Below, piece after piece: positions 1 through 8,844 of a stretch of 55,636 bases of DNA (position 1 is the stretch's first letter; each line of letters begins with the position of its first letter). The DNA comes from an uncultured Clostridium sp. GTDB taxonomy: Bacteria > Bacillota > Clostridia > TANB77 > CAG-508. The DNA is taken from positions 1 through 55,636 of the forward strand of contig CAMNPT010000004.1 of NCBI GenBank assembly GCA_946548575.1, written 5' to 3'. The translations under genes were made by a program, and so were the position numbers. The notes under the pieces are model-generated. The model did not search any database and was not told the DNA's origin. It saw nothing but the letters and a program-made list of their open reading frames with translations.

Positions 1-12
1 TCATCCGCACCA
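1..12 (+). tRNA. 3' end of a tRNA (probably tRNA-Leu) or its att-site copy; truncated by the window edge
   Basis: TCATCCGCACCA matches the acceptor 3' strand plus CCA of Firmicute tRNA-Leu (GCGGATG...CATCCGC-A-CCA). It is followed by a terminator-like hairpin and a mobile element backbone. Only 12 nt are visible. Confidence 0.55.
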
Positions 13-68
13 ATTTTTAAGATTTTTGTTAGAAATTATTAGAATTTTACAGAAATCAAAAATGTTTA

Positions 69-105
69 AAATACACTTATCATGATACTTTGATAGGTGT
101 TTTTA
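69..105 (+). terminator. Probable intrinsic terminator after the tRNA
   Basis: Inverted repeat acacttatca...tgataggtgt followed by a T-run. Confidence 0.5.
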
Positions 106-220
106 TTTTTTTAATTGTTTCTTACAATTTCTAAAAAATGTTCAAAAATGTTCCAAATTAAAGTTCCAAAAAATTGGAGCTTTTTTTGTTTTCATATTAG
201 TTTTCGGAAAGGAAATTTTA

Positions 221-766
221 ATGAATGAAAATCTACAATTATTTAAAGCAAATGAAGTTCTGCAATACAAATTTATAACTGTACCAAAAGAACTATTTGT
301 TAATCCTAAATATAGTCATCTATCTTCTGATAGCAAATTATTATACGGATTTATACTAGATAGATTTCATCTTTCTATTCAAAATAACTGGAAAGATGAA
401 AATGACAATATATATTTAATATTTACAAGAAGAGATATTCAGACATTATTTCATTTATCAGATAAAACTGTTACAAAAGCATTTAAAGAATTAAGTGATT
501 GTAATCTTATCTATGAAAAGAAACAAGGAAGAAATAAGCCAAATTTAATTTATCCTTGTAAAATAGATTTTGAATGGAGTCGTAAAAATTACGATTCAGG
601 ACTCGTAAAATCTACGACTCTGGAATCGGAAAATTTACGACCTAATAATACTAATAATAAAAATACTAATAGAGTAAAAAGCAAACACACTTCAAATTTT
701 GAACAAAGAAGTTATGAAGGTTTTGACTTTAATACTCTGCTTGCAAATTATAAAGAAATTATTTAA
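221..766 (+). CDS. repA: Replication initiator protein, RepA_N family
   Basis: FITVPKELF...LSSDSKLLYGFILDR...NNWKDEND-IYLIFT...KQGRNKPNLIY, typical of RepA_N. Confidence 0.85.
   Translation: MNENLQLFKANEVLQYKFITVPKELFVNPKYSHLSSDSKLLYGFILDRFHLSIQNNWKDENDNIYLIFTRRDIQTLFHLSDKTVTKAFKELSDCNLIYEKKQGRNKPNLIYPCKIDFEWSRKNYDSGLVKSTTLESENLRPNNTNNKNTNRVKSKHTSNFEQRSYEGFDFNTLLANYKEII
577..642 (+). repeat. Three 23-bp-period iterons inside repA (putative oriV)
   Basis: tcgtaaaaattacga / tcgtaaaatctacga / tcggaaaatttacga starting at 580, 603 and 626; RepA_N origins lie within the rep gene. Confidence 0.7.
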
Positions 767-782
767 AAGGAGATTTGATGAT

Positions 783-1175
783 ATGAAAAATAAAGAATTA
801 CCAAAAAATTATATTGATGAAAAAACAGGAATTGAATATAGATTGGTTGGAGACTACTACATTCCCAATCTAGTTTTACCTAATAAAAAGGATGTAAAAT
901 TAGGGAGATATGGAAGAATGAGAGCAAGATACTTAAAAGAAAATAAAAAAGCAGAATATACAATAATGCTTATAGAAAATACCTTACAAGACCATTTAAT
1001 TGAAATAGATAAAACAGCAAATGAAAGATTTGAATTATTGATGAAACAATTTATAAAAAAAGAAAATATTACAGAAGATTTAAAAGCCACCAATCAAATG
1101 GAATGGGTTGGCAAAATGAATGCTATTAAAAATGCAGTCGAAGAAATTATATTGAAAGAATTAATTTATGTTTAG
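783..1175 (+). CDS. tnpV: TnpV family protein
   Basis: YRLVGDYYIPNL...GRYGRMRARYLKE...LKATNQMEWVGKMNAIKNAVEEIILKELIY; start moved to ATG 783, which follows an AGGAG RBS. Confidence 0.85.
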   Translation: MKNKELPKNYIDEKTGIEYRLVGDYYIPNLVLPNKKDVKLGRYGRMRARYLKENKKAEYTIMLIENTLQDHLIEIDKTANERFELLMKQFIKKENITEDLKATNQMEWVGKMNAIKNAVEEIILKELIYV

Positions 1176-1181
1176 GAGGAA

Positions 1182-1508
1182 ATGAAAATGGAAGATATGA
1201 AATTATATGATATAGATTCAGGAGAATTATGTGAGTTAATAGATAGCAAAAGAATTGAATTAAGAAATAAAAATGAAGACTATAAAAAATTAAGAAATCA
1301 AGTATGTGAAATAAAAGAAAATTATCCAAATGTTTTAGCACTTATTGAAGATAATGAAGTAGAAAATTTAAATAAAGAAGAATGTAAAATACTTCAAAAA
1401 TTGCTTTCATTATATTCAAGAATGATGGACTATGAAGACAGAGAAATTTTCTTTTTAGGTGCAAGAGAAAATTATTTTTATTTTAAAAATTTAGGAATTT
1501 TAAAATAG
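1182..1508 (+). CDS. Hypothetical mobile-element protein
   Basis: 108-aa ORF with GGAGG RBS, between tnpV and mobC. Confidence 0.7.
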   Translation: MKMEDMKLYDIDSGELCELIDSKRIELRNKNEDYKKLRNQVCEIKENYPNVLALIEDNEVENLNKEECKILQKLLSLYSRMMDYEDREIFFLGARENYFYFKNLGILK

Positions 1509-1620
1509 TTTTTAGAAGAATTTTCAGAGCAAAATTTCTTCTTTTTTTACACATTTTTTTAATAAAAAATGGATAACTAGGGGCAAATTTTACAACTTGA
1601 AATATCAAAAGAAAGCGATG

Positions 1621-1752
1621 CATTTATACTCCCGTATAAATCACAGTAGAAATCTTTGATTTCGTGTCTGTGATTATATGCGGTAGCTAAATACACTGCT
1701 AAAATTTCTATAATGAAATTTAATATGGGGAAATTCTTCCCCAATCCCCTAA
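1621..1752. other. Putative oriT region (long imperfect palindrome plus G/C-rich inverted repeat upstream of mobC)
   Basis: ccgtataaatcacag...gaaatc-ttt-gatttc...ctgtgattatatgcgg, and ggggaa..ttcccaatcccc; position upstream of mobC-relaxase. Confidence 0.4.
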
Positions 1753-1759
1753 AAAATTT

Positions 1760-2011
1760 TTGAAAGAAAAATCTAAAAGATCAGGGTTAAATGAGTCTGA
1801 ATTTATACGTAGTATGATTAAAGGTTATAAGATAAAAGAACAACCAACAAAAGAAATTAGAGAATTTACAAGAGATATATCTGGAATAGCAAATAATATA
1901 AATCAAATCGCAAAAAGTGTTAATATGAGGTATGGAAGAAATGAAGATATAGAATATATAAAAAATACTATTTCAAGATTTGTTTTAGATTTTCAAAAGA
2001 AAGTTTATTAA
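1760..2011 (+). CDS. mobC: MobC relaxosome accessory protein (possibly N-terminally truncated)
   Basis: SGLNESEFIR (RHH) and IANNINQIAK motif; TTG start without a clear RBS. Confidence 0.8.
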   Translation: MKEKSKRSGLNESEFIRSMIKGYKIKEQPTKEIREFTRDISGIANNINQIAKSVNMRYGRNEDIEYIKNTISRFVLDFQKKVY

Positions 2012-2034
2012 AGAAATTAGAAAGAGGTGTTGCA

Positions 2035-3336
2035 ATGGCTGTTATGAAAATAAAAACAATCAAGGGCAATCTGCAAGCAGTTATAAACTATGGTAAAAAT
2101 GGCGATAAAACGGATAATGATGTTCTAGTATCAAGTGTAAATTGTTCTGTAAATACTGCTTATGAAGAAATGGCTCTTACTAAAAAGTTCTTTCATAAAG
2201 AAGATAAAACATTAGGTTATCATATAATACAATCATTTAAAGGAAATGAAGTATCTTCTAAAACAGCAAATCAAATAGGCAAAGAACTTGCAGAAGAACT
2301 ATGGGGAGATAAATATCAAGTTATAATATGTACTCATATAAACAAAGAAAATGTGCATAATCATCTGATTTTAAATTCTGTTTCTTTTATTGATGGAAAG
2401 AAATATCATAATTCAAACTCTGAAATTGCATTTATGAAAGAAGCATCTGACAATTTGTGCATAAAATATAGATTATCACTTGTTAATACTCCACGAGCTG
2501 AAAACGAAAGAGCATTTAGACAAAATCATATTGATTATTTTAATCGTAAAGACGAAAAAATGCAAAAGATAATAACTGATATAGATGAAGCAATAAAAAC
2601 TGCTAGGAGGTATTCTGACTTCAAATTAACATTAAAAGCAAAAGGTTATAATAATATAAAAGATTCAGGAAAATATCTATCTCTAAAAACACCTTATTAT
2701 TCAAGAAATGTACGAATTGATAGAGTATTTGGAGAAAGATATTCAGTTCAAGGAATTAAAGAAAGAATTTATTATAAGGAAAAAGAAAAAAATCCTGTTG
2801 CTAATCTAAATAAAAAGTATTACAGAAAAGTTTATACTGGTCCAAAAATAAACAAGTTTTTATTAAAGACCAGTTCTTTTTATAGATTATATGTACATTA
2901 TTTATATTTCTTTGGAAAACTACCTGCTAAAAATCAATATAAAGAACTAACTCCAGAATATTATAAACAAAAACGAAAGAATAATATGATTTTTGAAGAA
3001 ATTAATTTTTTGGCGAGAAATAGTTTTAAATCTATTAGTGAAGTAGAAAATTATATGAATACTCTTGAAAAACAATTACCTGAATTAAAAGGCAAACGAG
3101 AACTTTTATGGAGGAAACACAAATCTGCAGATAGAAATAACAAAGCAAATGTATTTAAAGAAATTAATACACTTACTGATAAAATTGATACAATTCAAGC
3201 ACAAAAAAAGGCTTGTAATAGGATTATTGATAGATATGAAGAGATTAAAAAAGATTATAAAAAGGAAATTGAAGCAAAAAATAAATCACAAGAACTTATA
3301 ATCGCTGATAAGAAAAAAGTGGCTAGAAATAGATAA
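2035..3336 (+). CDS. Relaxase, MobA/VirD2 (MOB_P) family
   Basis: N-terminal Tyr (VINYG), YHIIQSF, and HINKENVHNHLILNSVS HUH motif. Confidence 0.9.
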   Translation: MAVMKIKTIKGNLQAVINYGKNGDKTDNDVLVSSVNCSVNTAYEEMALTKKFFHKEDKTLGYHIIQSFKGNEVSSKTANQIGKELAEELWGDKYQVIICTHINKENVHNHLILNSVSFIDGKKYHNSNSEIAFMKEASDNLCIKYRLSLVNTPRAENERAFRQNHIDYFNRKDEKMQKIITDIDEAIKTARRYSDFKLTLKAKGYNNIKDSGKYLSLKTPYYSRNVRIDRVFGERYSVQGIKERIYYKEKEKNPVANLNKKYYRKVYTGPKINKFLLKTSSFYRLYVHYLYFFGKLPAKNQYKELTPEYYKQKRKNNMIFEEINFLARNSFKSISEVENYMNTLEKQLPELKGKRELLWRKHKSADRNNKANVFKEINTLTDKIDTIQAQKKACNRIIDRYEEIKKDYKKEIEAKNKSQELIIADKKKVARNR

Positions 3337-3362
3337 AAATCTTTACTTGATAAAATCGAATA

Positions 3363-3391
3363 GAGGAATCCACGATAGATTCCTCATTTTT
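3363..3391. terminator. Hairpin terminator between the relaxase and the convergent cargo
   Basis: gaggaatc-cacgata-gattcctc followed by a T-run. Confidence 0.6.
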
Positions 3392-3575
3392 ATTGTTCTA
3401 CCTGTGTTTGCTGTTCTTCTTTTTCGTTTACATTTTCTTTAATATGATTTATCTCTTGATTCATTTGTTCCGTTCTTGTTACCTCAGTTGTTGCTTCTAC
3501 TCCAGATTTTAATGTAAAGATTTCTCCTATTCATTTTTCTCTTTCAATTTTATCTTCTTCTGTTAATATCTTCAT
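3390..3575 (-). pseudogene. Gene remnant carrying the shared cargo C-terminal motif
   Basis: Manual translation MKILTEEDKIEREK*IGEIFTLKSGVEATTEVTRTEQMNQEINHIKENVNEKEEQQTQVEQ*, with an internal TGA. Confidence 0.6.
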
Positions 3576-4219
3576 TAAATTCCTTCTTTTTCTACAAATA
3601 CTTCACTTAAATTATGTCTGTTTATATCCTTTTTTTGTATAAAACCTCTTTCAGCATTAATTATTTTTATAAATTCATCATCTGATTCATCAGTTAATTC
3701 TTTTACTGCATCAATTACTTTTATTGCATTATCAAAATCCCCTTCCATTCTTAACATATCAGCAAATTGCAATAAATTATTATTATAGTTTGGTAATGTT
3801 TTATCTGCAAACATTTGACATGCTTTTTTTCTAAAATTAGAAGCATCTTTTTCGTCACTAACCCATGCTGCCATTATATATGACTTATATGCATTAAAAT
3901 AATCCATATTATTTTCATATTGCTTTGCAACCAATAAAATTTTTCTCAAAGCTCCAGAATATTTTTTTATAATCTCTTGAAAATCACGATTCCATAATTC
4001 AAGATTATTAGCCAATCTAGACTCTATTGTACTATTAATTTCATAATTTGAGTAATGACAATTTGGACACTCCATAATATTAGCACCTATTCCCATCATA
4101 CTACCAACTGGTTTCATATCAAAATCCGAATATCCTTTTACAAAATTCGACATATAATCTAAATATTCATTTTCTGTACCACATACTCCACACTTAAATA
4201 GTTTTTTTTGAATTTTCAT
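3575..4219 (-). CDS. Zn-ribbon plus helical-repeat protein (DUF2225-like)
   Basis: CGVC and CPNC pairs followed by TPR-like helices. Confidence 0.6.
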   Translation of the reverse strand: MKIQKKLFKCGVCGTENEYLDYMSNFVKGYSDFDMKPVGSMMGIGANIMECPNCHYSNYEINSTIESRLANNLELWNRDFQEIIKKYSGALRKILLVAKQYENNMDYFNAYKSYIMAAWVSDEKDASNFRKKACQMFADKTLPNYNNNLLQFADMLRMEGDFDNAIKVIDAVKELTDESDDEFIKIINAERGFIQKKDINRHNLSEVFVEKEGI

Positions 4220-4288
4220 CTTCTTTATCTCCTTAAAAAAATTTATTAATTTTATTTTTTTTACTAATTTTTCAAAAATGATAAAACT

Positions 4289-4753
4289 CTAATGATAAAT
4301 ATACCATATTAATCCCAAAATCATAACTGCAATTAAATTAAGTATTATTGCAAAACCAAATAAATATATAATCTCTCTTAATATAAAGTTATTAATTTTT
4401 GAATCTTGAGGATTGTGAATTTTATATCGTACTTTAATGTCTTTCTTTTTAACATAATATATATATTCATCTTTAAAGAATTTTCTATTAGATTTTGTTT
4501 TTATGTACTTGTAAAGCAAATTACTTATTTCAAAATCATCAATCATTGAACTTATATATTTTTTATTGTTTACAATGTAAGAATATGTTATTGTAGTATC
4601 AAATTTTTTATGTGTTGTAATGTCAGGCTTTAAATTTCTTATTTTATTAATTCGTATAATTTCCCCATCTACAATACTTGTGTCTTTATGAATTAGGTAT
4701 AACATAAAATTAAACAATATAATAATTATTAATAAACATACTATATATAGCAT
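4289..4753 (-). CDS. Two-TM membrane protein (DUF3592-like)
   Basis: N- and C-terminal hydrophobic helices; YSYIVNNKKY...VRY..NPQ pattern. Confidence 0.55.
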   Translation of the reverse strand: MLYIVCLLIIIILFNFMLYLIHKDTSIVDGEIIRINKIRNLKPDITTHKKFDTTITYSYIVNNKKYISSMIDDFEISNLLYKYIKTKSNRKFFKDEYIYYVKKKDIKVRYKIHNPQDSKINNFILREIIYLFGFAIILNLIAVMILGLIWYIYH

Positions 4754-4782
4754 ATCATTTTCTCCTTGTATATCATTTTATT

Positions 4783-6457
4783 TTAATTATCTTTTTCAAG
4801 TTTTTGCATATCTTGTTGATGTATTGTTGTTTTTTCCATATTTTTTATTGCATGTACTTGTTCATTTATAGTACCACTTCTCGTTATTTCCTCTGTTTCT
4901 TCAATAGCACTTTCTAGTAAAGTGCTTGTGTTTTTTTCTCTTTTGTCTACTACTCCATTCTCACTAAATTCGAAAAATTCTCCAATATTTTCTTCGCAAG
5001 TTGCAATTTCCATAAATGTATCTATAACACTTTGAACTCTTGAATAAAGTTCTCCTATTGTTTCATTATCTTGTTCTCCTATTAATGATACTAAGCAATC
5101 TTCATTCAATTCATCACATACTACACCGTTTTACATTTTGGAATCTGCTTTTCCATCTTTCAAAGTCTTCTGGATAGTTTCCTCCTATAGATATATCTAT
5201 TTTTCCTGTTGGTTTATATGTTATTCCTATATCATTATTGTCATCAATTTTTAGTCCTTTAGGTCTCAATTGTTTTGATATTGCTATTTGTTTTTCCGAC
5301 ATTTCTGCTGTTTTGGAATTTAATATATAAGTATCAATTATTTTCTTTTCATTTTCACTTAAACCTATATATTCTTTTTCTTCTATTGCTTGAACCGTCT
5401 GTTGTATTATTTGTATTTCAAAATCTAATAACTCTTCCCTCGGTTTATCGAGTAATATATCTATATATTTATTGTATAATTGTGATGCATCTCCAACTAA
5501 ACTATCTGCAAATTCACTATTTTGGCTTTGCTCCTCTTTTGAGGAATTAGTTATTTGTTCTATTGTTTTATATCTATCATATATTTCTTCATCACTTCTA
5601 ATCTTGATTTTTCCATCTTCAGCAATATAAAAGCCACCCGATATTATTGTTTCAATCACTTTACTTGGTTTATAATTATTTGTTTTTTCATTAAACAAAG
5701 AAAACTGCTCTGGATTGCTTGATATATTAATAAATGTAGATAAACTGGTAAATCTACTAATACCACAATTTATTGTGTTTTGAGGGGATTGACAAACACT
5801 CATAATTCTTGAAAATTCTTCTAATGTGAATTCAATATCACTTTTCCCATCAAAAATATTATTCACTACAAAGTTAATCGCTCGGTCTCTGCCTTCCAAA
5901 TTGTGTTCAATTTGATATGCTATGCTATGAGAGTGTCCTGCATCATTTTCTGGAAAATCTCTTAATGGTAAATCATTTTGTATAAAAAAATTTTTTACTC
6001 CTTGCGAAATATCTCCTTCACAAATAACAAAATTATAGTTTTCTCTTTCTTCTTGTGGTATTAACTCCAAACTCTCTTTTGAAATTATAATAATTGCACT
6101 ATCACTTAACTCTACGCTTCCCCAAGTATATGAATCTCCTCCAAAAGATAAAAATTGCTCTTTGTGTTCGGCAAAAGGCTCTATAATTGCCATTTGTTTT
6201 CCATCCCAATTTCCTGCTCCATCTCCTGGATTTTCAACCACTGAATTTATTGAAAAATGTACTGTATGTCTATGTGCTGGAACAATAACATCTTTTTCTT
6301 AATCACCTAGAAATGTAGTTAGTTTTTTTCCATCCATATCTACTCTATAAATCCTATTTCCATCATAATTTGAAAGTATTTTATGTCCTTTAGGAAAGAA
6401 ATTTGTCAGATGCACCATATATAATTTATCTTTATCATATCCTAGAATCTTTTCCAT
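4783..6457 (-). pseudogene. Large cargo protein with the shared C-terminal motif; premature TAA (6299-6301) and +1 junction at CGG (5126-5128)
   Basis: ATG at 6457 (MEKILGYDKDKLYMVHLTNFFP...) is in frame with ORF 5114-6241 except for one TAA; skipping base 5128 joins it to ORF 4783-5109. Confidence 0.65.
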
Positions 6458-6535
6458 TAACTAATGCTCCTTTACTACAACATTGTTATTATATTCTTTA
6501 ATTACATTTTCTTACTAACATTTTAATTCTCCAAT

Positions 6536-7009
6536 TTATTTAAATTTAAATATATTTCTTATGAAATTCTTAAGTCTGACGAATATATTGTCTTTTTTAT
6601 ATTCTTCCATAGCCATATTATCTTGTATTTCTTCAGATGATATTTCATTTTCAATTTGTTCTTGTTTCTGTTTAGTTTTAAATACATCCTCTGGGTTATA
6701 CATTTCTCTTAATTTCTGTTGATGTTTTATTTCATTATCAGAATATATCTTTTTTAATCTTTGCTTTTCTTCTTCATCTTCGCACCAATATTGTAAATTT
6801 AGCATAGCAATTAAAGCCAAAGTTTCTTCTTTTAAATTCTGTTCCTTAATTGGTATATTAGGATCTATAGTTTTTGTATACGTATTATCTTTTTTTCTTT
6901 TAAAAAATTCTCTTAATTTTTTAGGCACTTTATTTCTGTTGTATTCATCTAATAATTCTATGAAATTGTCTATTTCTGTATATGCTTGTCTTGTGCTTAC
7001 TGATAACAT
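6536..7009 (-). CDS. Conserved small helical protein, paralog A
   Basis: Clear paralog of 11105-11563 (AYxEvd..VPxKxRxFFK..EQNLKxET..YWC..YNPxxxFK). Confidence 0.8.
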   Translation of the reverse strand: MLSVSTRQAYTEIDNFIELLDEYNRNKVPKKLREFFKRKKDNTYTKTIDPNIPIKEQNLKEETLALIAMLNLQYWCEDEEEKQRLKKIYSDNEIKHQQKLREMYNPEDVFKTKQKQEQIENEISSEEIQDNMAMEEYKKDNIFVRLKNFIRNIFKFK

Positions 7010-7031
7010 AATAATCCTCGCTTTCTACTAC

Positions 7032-8750
7032 TTATCTATTTTCATTGTCATCATTTTCATCTAAAGCATTCTCCTGTGTTCTTTCCTGTTCTACTTCTTT
7101 TCTAATCGCAATTACTTGGTCATTTATTTTTTCAGTTCTTGTACTTGTTTCGGTTGCTTCTATTGCACTCTCTAAAAGTATTGATTTTCCTTTTTCTTGT
7201 TCAACTTCTGAATAAGAATATGCTCCTGCATATCTTGTATGTGCAACTTCTCTATCTATTCCATCGCTGTATGTTTTTTCATTAGTTCTCTGTAAATTAT
7301 GGTCTAGTGTATCACTTGTAGACCAATATGTAACTCCCTCTAATTCAACTCCTGTTTCTTTTATTGCATTTTCAATTTGTTGCATTCTCATAGATTTAAA
7401 ATCTGCTATACTTTCAATAGTAATACCACCTTTTCCTAATTTACTATTTATAATTTGCACTAAATCATCTTCCGAACGAATTTTACCTTTTTCATCAAAC
7501 ATAAATCTTTCTGGTAAACACATATCAAATTCTGTTATTTGAACATTTACACCTGCTTCTTTTAAATCTTCAAAACATTGTCTTATTGATTCAATATCTT
7601 GTGTCATTTCTATATGCATTTGAGTTCCAATAGTATCAATTAATCCTGGAGATAATTCATTCATTTGTTGTAATTGTTCTAATACTGCTTTTCTTCTTTC
7701 TGGATTTTCTAAAAAAGGCTCATTATATACATAAGTTACACCTTCTGGCTTATTTTCTTGTGCATATTGAAAAATTCCTACTAATTCTTCATTAGAAATT
7801 CCGTATAACTCTTGCCACATATTCCTATAAGGCTCATCAAAAGAAATAATTTCATTAAATAAATCAACAGATGAAATTACTCCTTTTCCATCAATTTGAT
7901 GAGTCTGGTTATATTCTGAAATAAAATCTACAGATTTCTTTACATAGGCTTTCAATTCGCTTATTACTTCTTCTTTTGATTTTCCTATTAAATGTTCTTC
8001 CATTGTTTGCTTATCTAACAATGTATGATATCTTGCATTCATTCCATTTTTATAGCAAAAATCTAATCCTCTTTGTGCATAGTAAAAATCATACTTTTGC
8101 ATATTAGGTACATTTTCATTATATGACTTATTTGTTACATCATAATATCTTCCAGAAGCCACTAATATGGTATTATGATTTTTTAAGCTATCATTTATTG
8201 CACTTATTTCTTCATAACTAACCTCTGTCATTTGATCTCTTTCAGAAGCAATAAATCTATGTTGTTTTTCAGCAAATTCTGAATATTCATCTCGATGTTC
8301 TTCTAATACTTTTTGTCTTATTTCATCATTTACCATATTTTTTATTATAGACTTAACATACTTTTCAGGATATTTTTCTAGTAATTGTTCTTTTATTTCA
8401 GCATATTTCTTATCTTTTGATATAGAAATATACTCATCTATTTCTCCTTCTGGTATTCCAGAATGTTGCAGTGCTGATTCCAAAACACTATTTCTATCTT
8501 CTATGCTTTGTTTTAGTGGTATTATACTTTCTTTATACTTTTCAAATAAATCTTTCTTTATATCTTCAATATTCTGTTCATTCCAATTTGCAATGTTTTC
8601 TTCTGAAATGTCTAATTGTGAGCAATTTTTCGCAAATTCTTTTAATTCTTCTATGCTTTTACATTGAATAATACTTAATAATTCTATCGTTTCTGAATTT
8701 AAGTATATTCCATTTATTGAAGCATCTAATCCCAATGAAAATTCTTTCAT
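7032..8750 (-). CDS. GH10 (endo-1,4-beta-xylanase-like) domain protein with an N-terminal helical extension and the shared C-terminal motif
   Basis: ARYHTLL, VDLFNE (acid/base), YNE, IGTQMH and VQITEFD (nucleophile) motifs; no signal peptide. Confidence 0.7.
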   Translation of the reverse strand: MKEFSLGLDASINGIYLNSETIELLSIIQCKSIEELKEFAKNCSQLDISEENIANWNEQNIEDIKKDLFEKYKESIIPLKQSIEDRNSVLESALQHSGIPEGEIDEYISISKDKKYAEIKEQLLEKYPEKYVKSIIKNMVNDEIRQKVLEEHRDEYSEFAEKQHRFIASERDQMTEVSYEEISAINDSLKNHNTILVASGRYYDVTNKSYNENVPNMQKYDFYYAQRGLDFCYKNGMNARYHTLLDKQTMEEHLIGKSKEEVISELKAYVKKSVDFISEYNQTHQIDGKGVISSVDLFNEIISFDEPYRNMWQELYGISNEELVGIFQYAQENKPEGVTYVYNEPFLENPERRKAVLEQLQQMNELSPGLIDTIGTQMHIEMTQDIESIRQCFEDLKEAGVNVQITEFDMCLPERFMFDEKGKIRSEDDLVQIINSKLGKGGITIESIADFKSMRMQQIENAIKETGVELEGVTYWSTSDTLDHNLQRTNEKTYSDGIDREVAHTRYAGAYSYSEVEQEKGKSILLESAIEATETSTRTEKINDQVIAIRKEVEQERTQENALDENDDNENR

Positions 8751-8844
8751 CTATTATTCATCTCCTGTTATACTGAATAATTTACTATACAAGTGCTTCC
8801 CTTATATTATCTTTATTTTTCATAGTCTAATTCCGTATTTTAAA

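Larger units (their letters stand above)
221..3336 (+). mobile_element. Integrative mobilizable element backbone (rep-tnpV-orf-mobC-relaxase); cargo probably extends to about 14.7-18.7 kb; no integrase in window
   Basis: Co-oriented RepA_N, TnpV, MobC and relaxase genes next to a tRNA 3' end. Confidence 0.75.

Noticed and set aside
577-642. Regular repeats (also 15102-15159 and 55545-55636) as CRISPR arrays
   Set aside because: No unique spacers, they lie within coding sequence, and there are no cas genes.
1678-1690. ATG-CGG-TAG upstream of mobC as a fifth CGG shift site
   Set aside because: The +1 frame stops after two codons (GGT AGC TAA) and does not join mobC; the site lies within a palindrome.
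3531-3533. In-frame TGA (and TAA at 6299-6301) as evidence of stop-codon reassignment
   Set aside because: Two different stop codons, both in decaying accessory genes; core genes show no internal stops.
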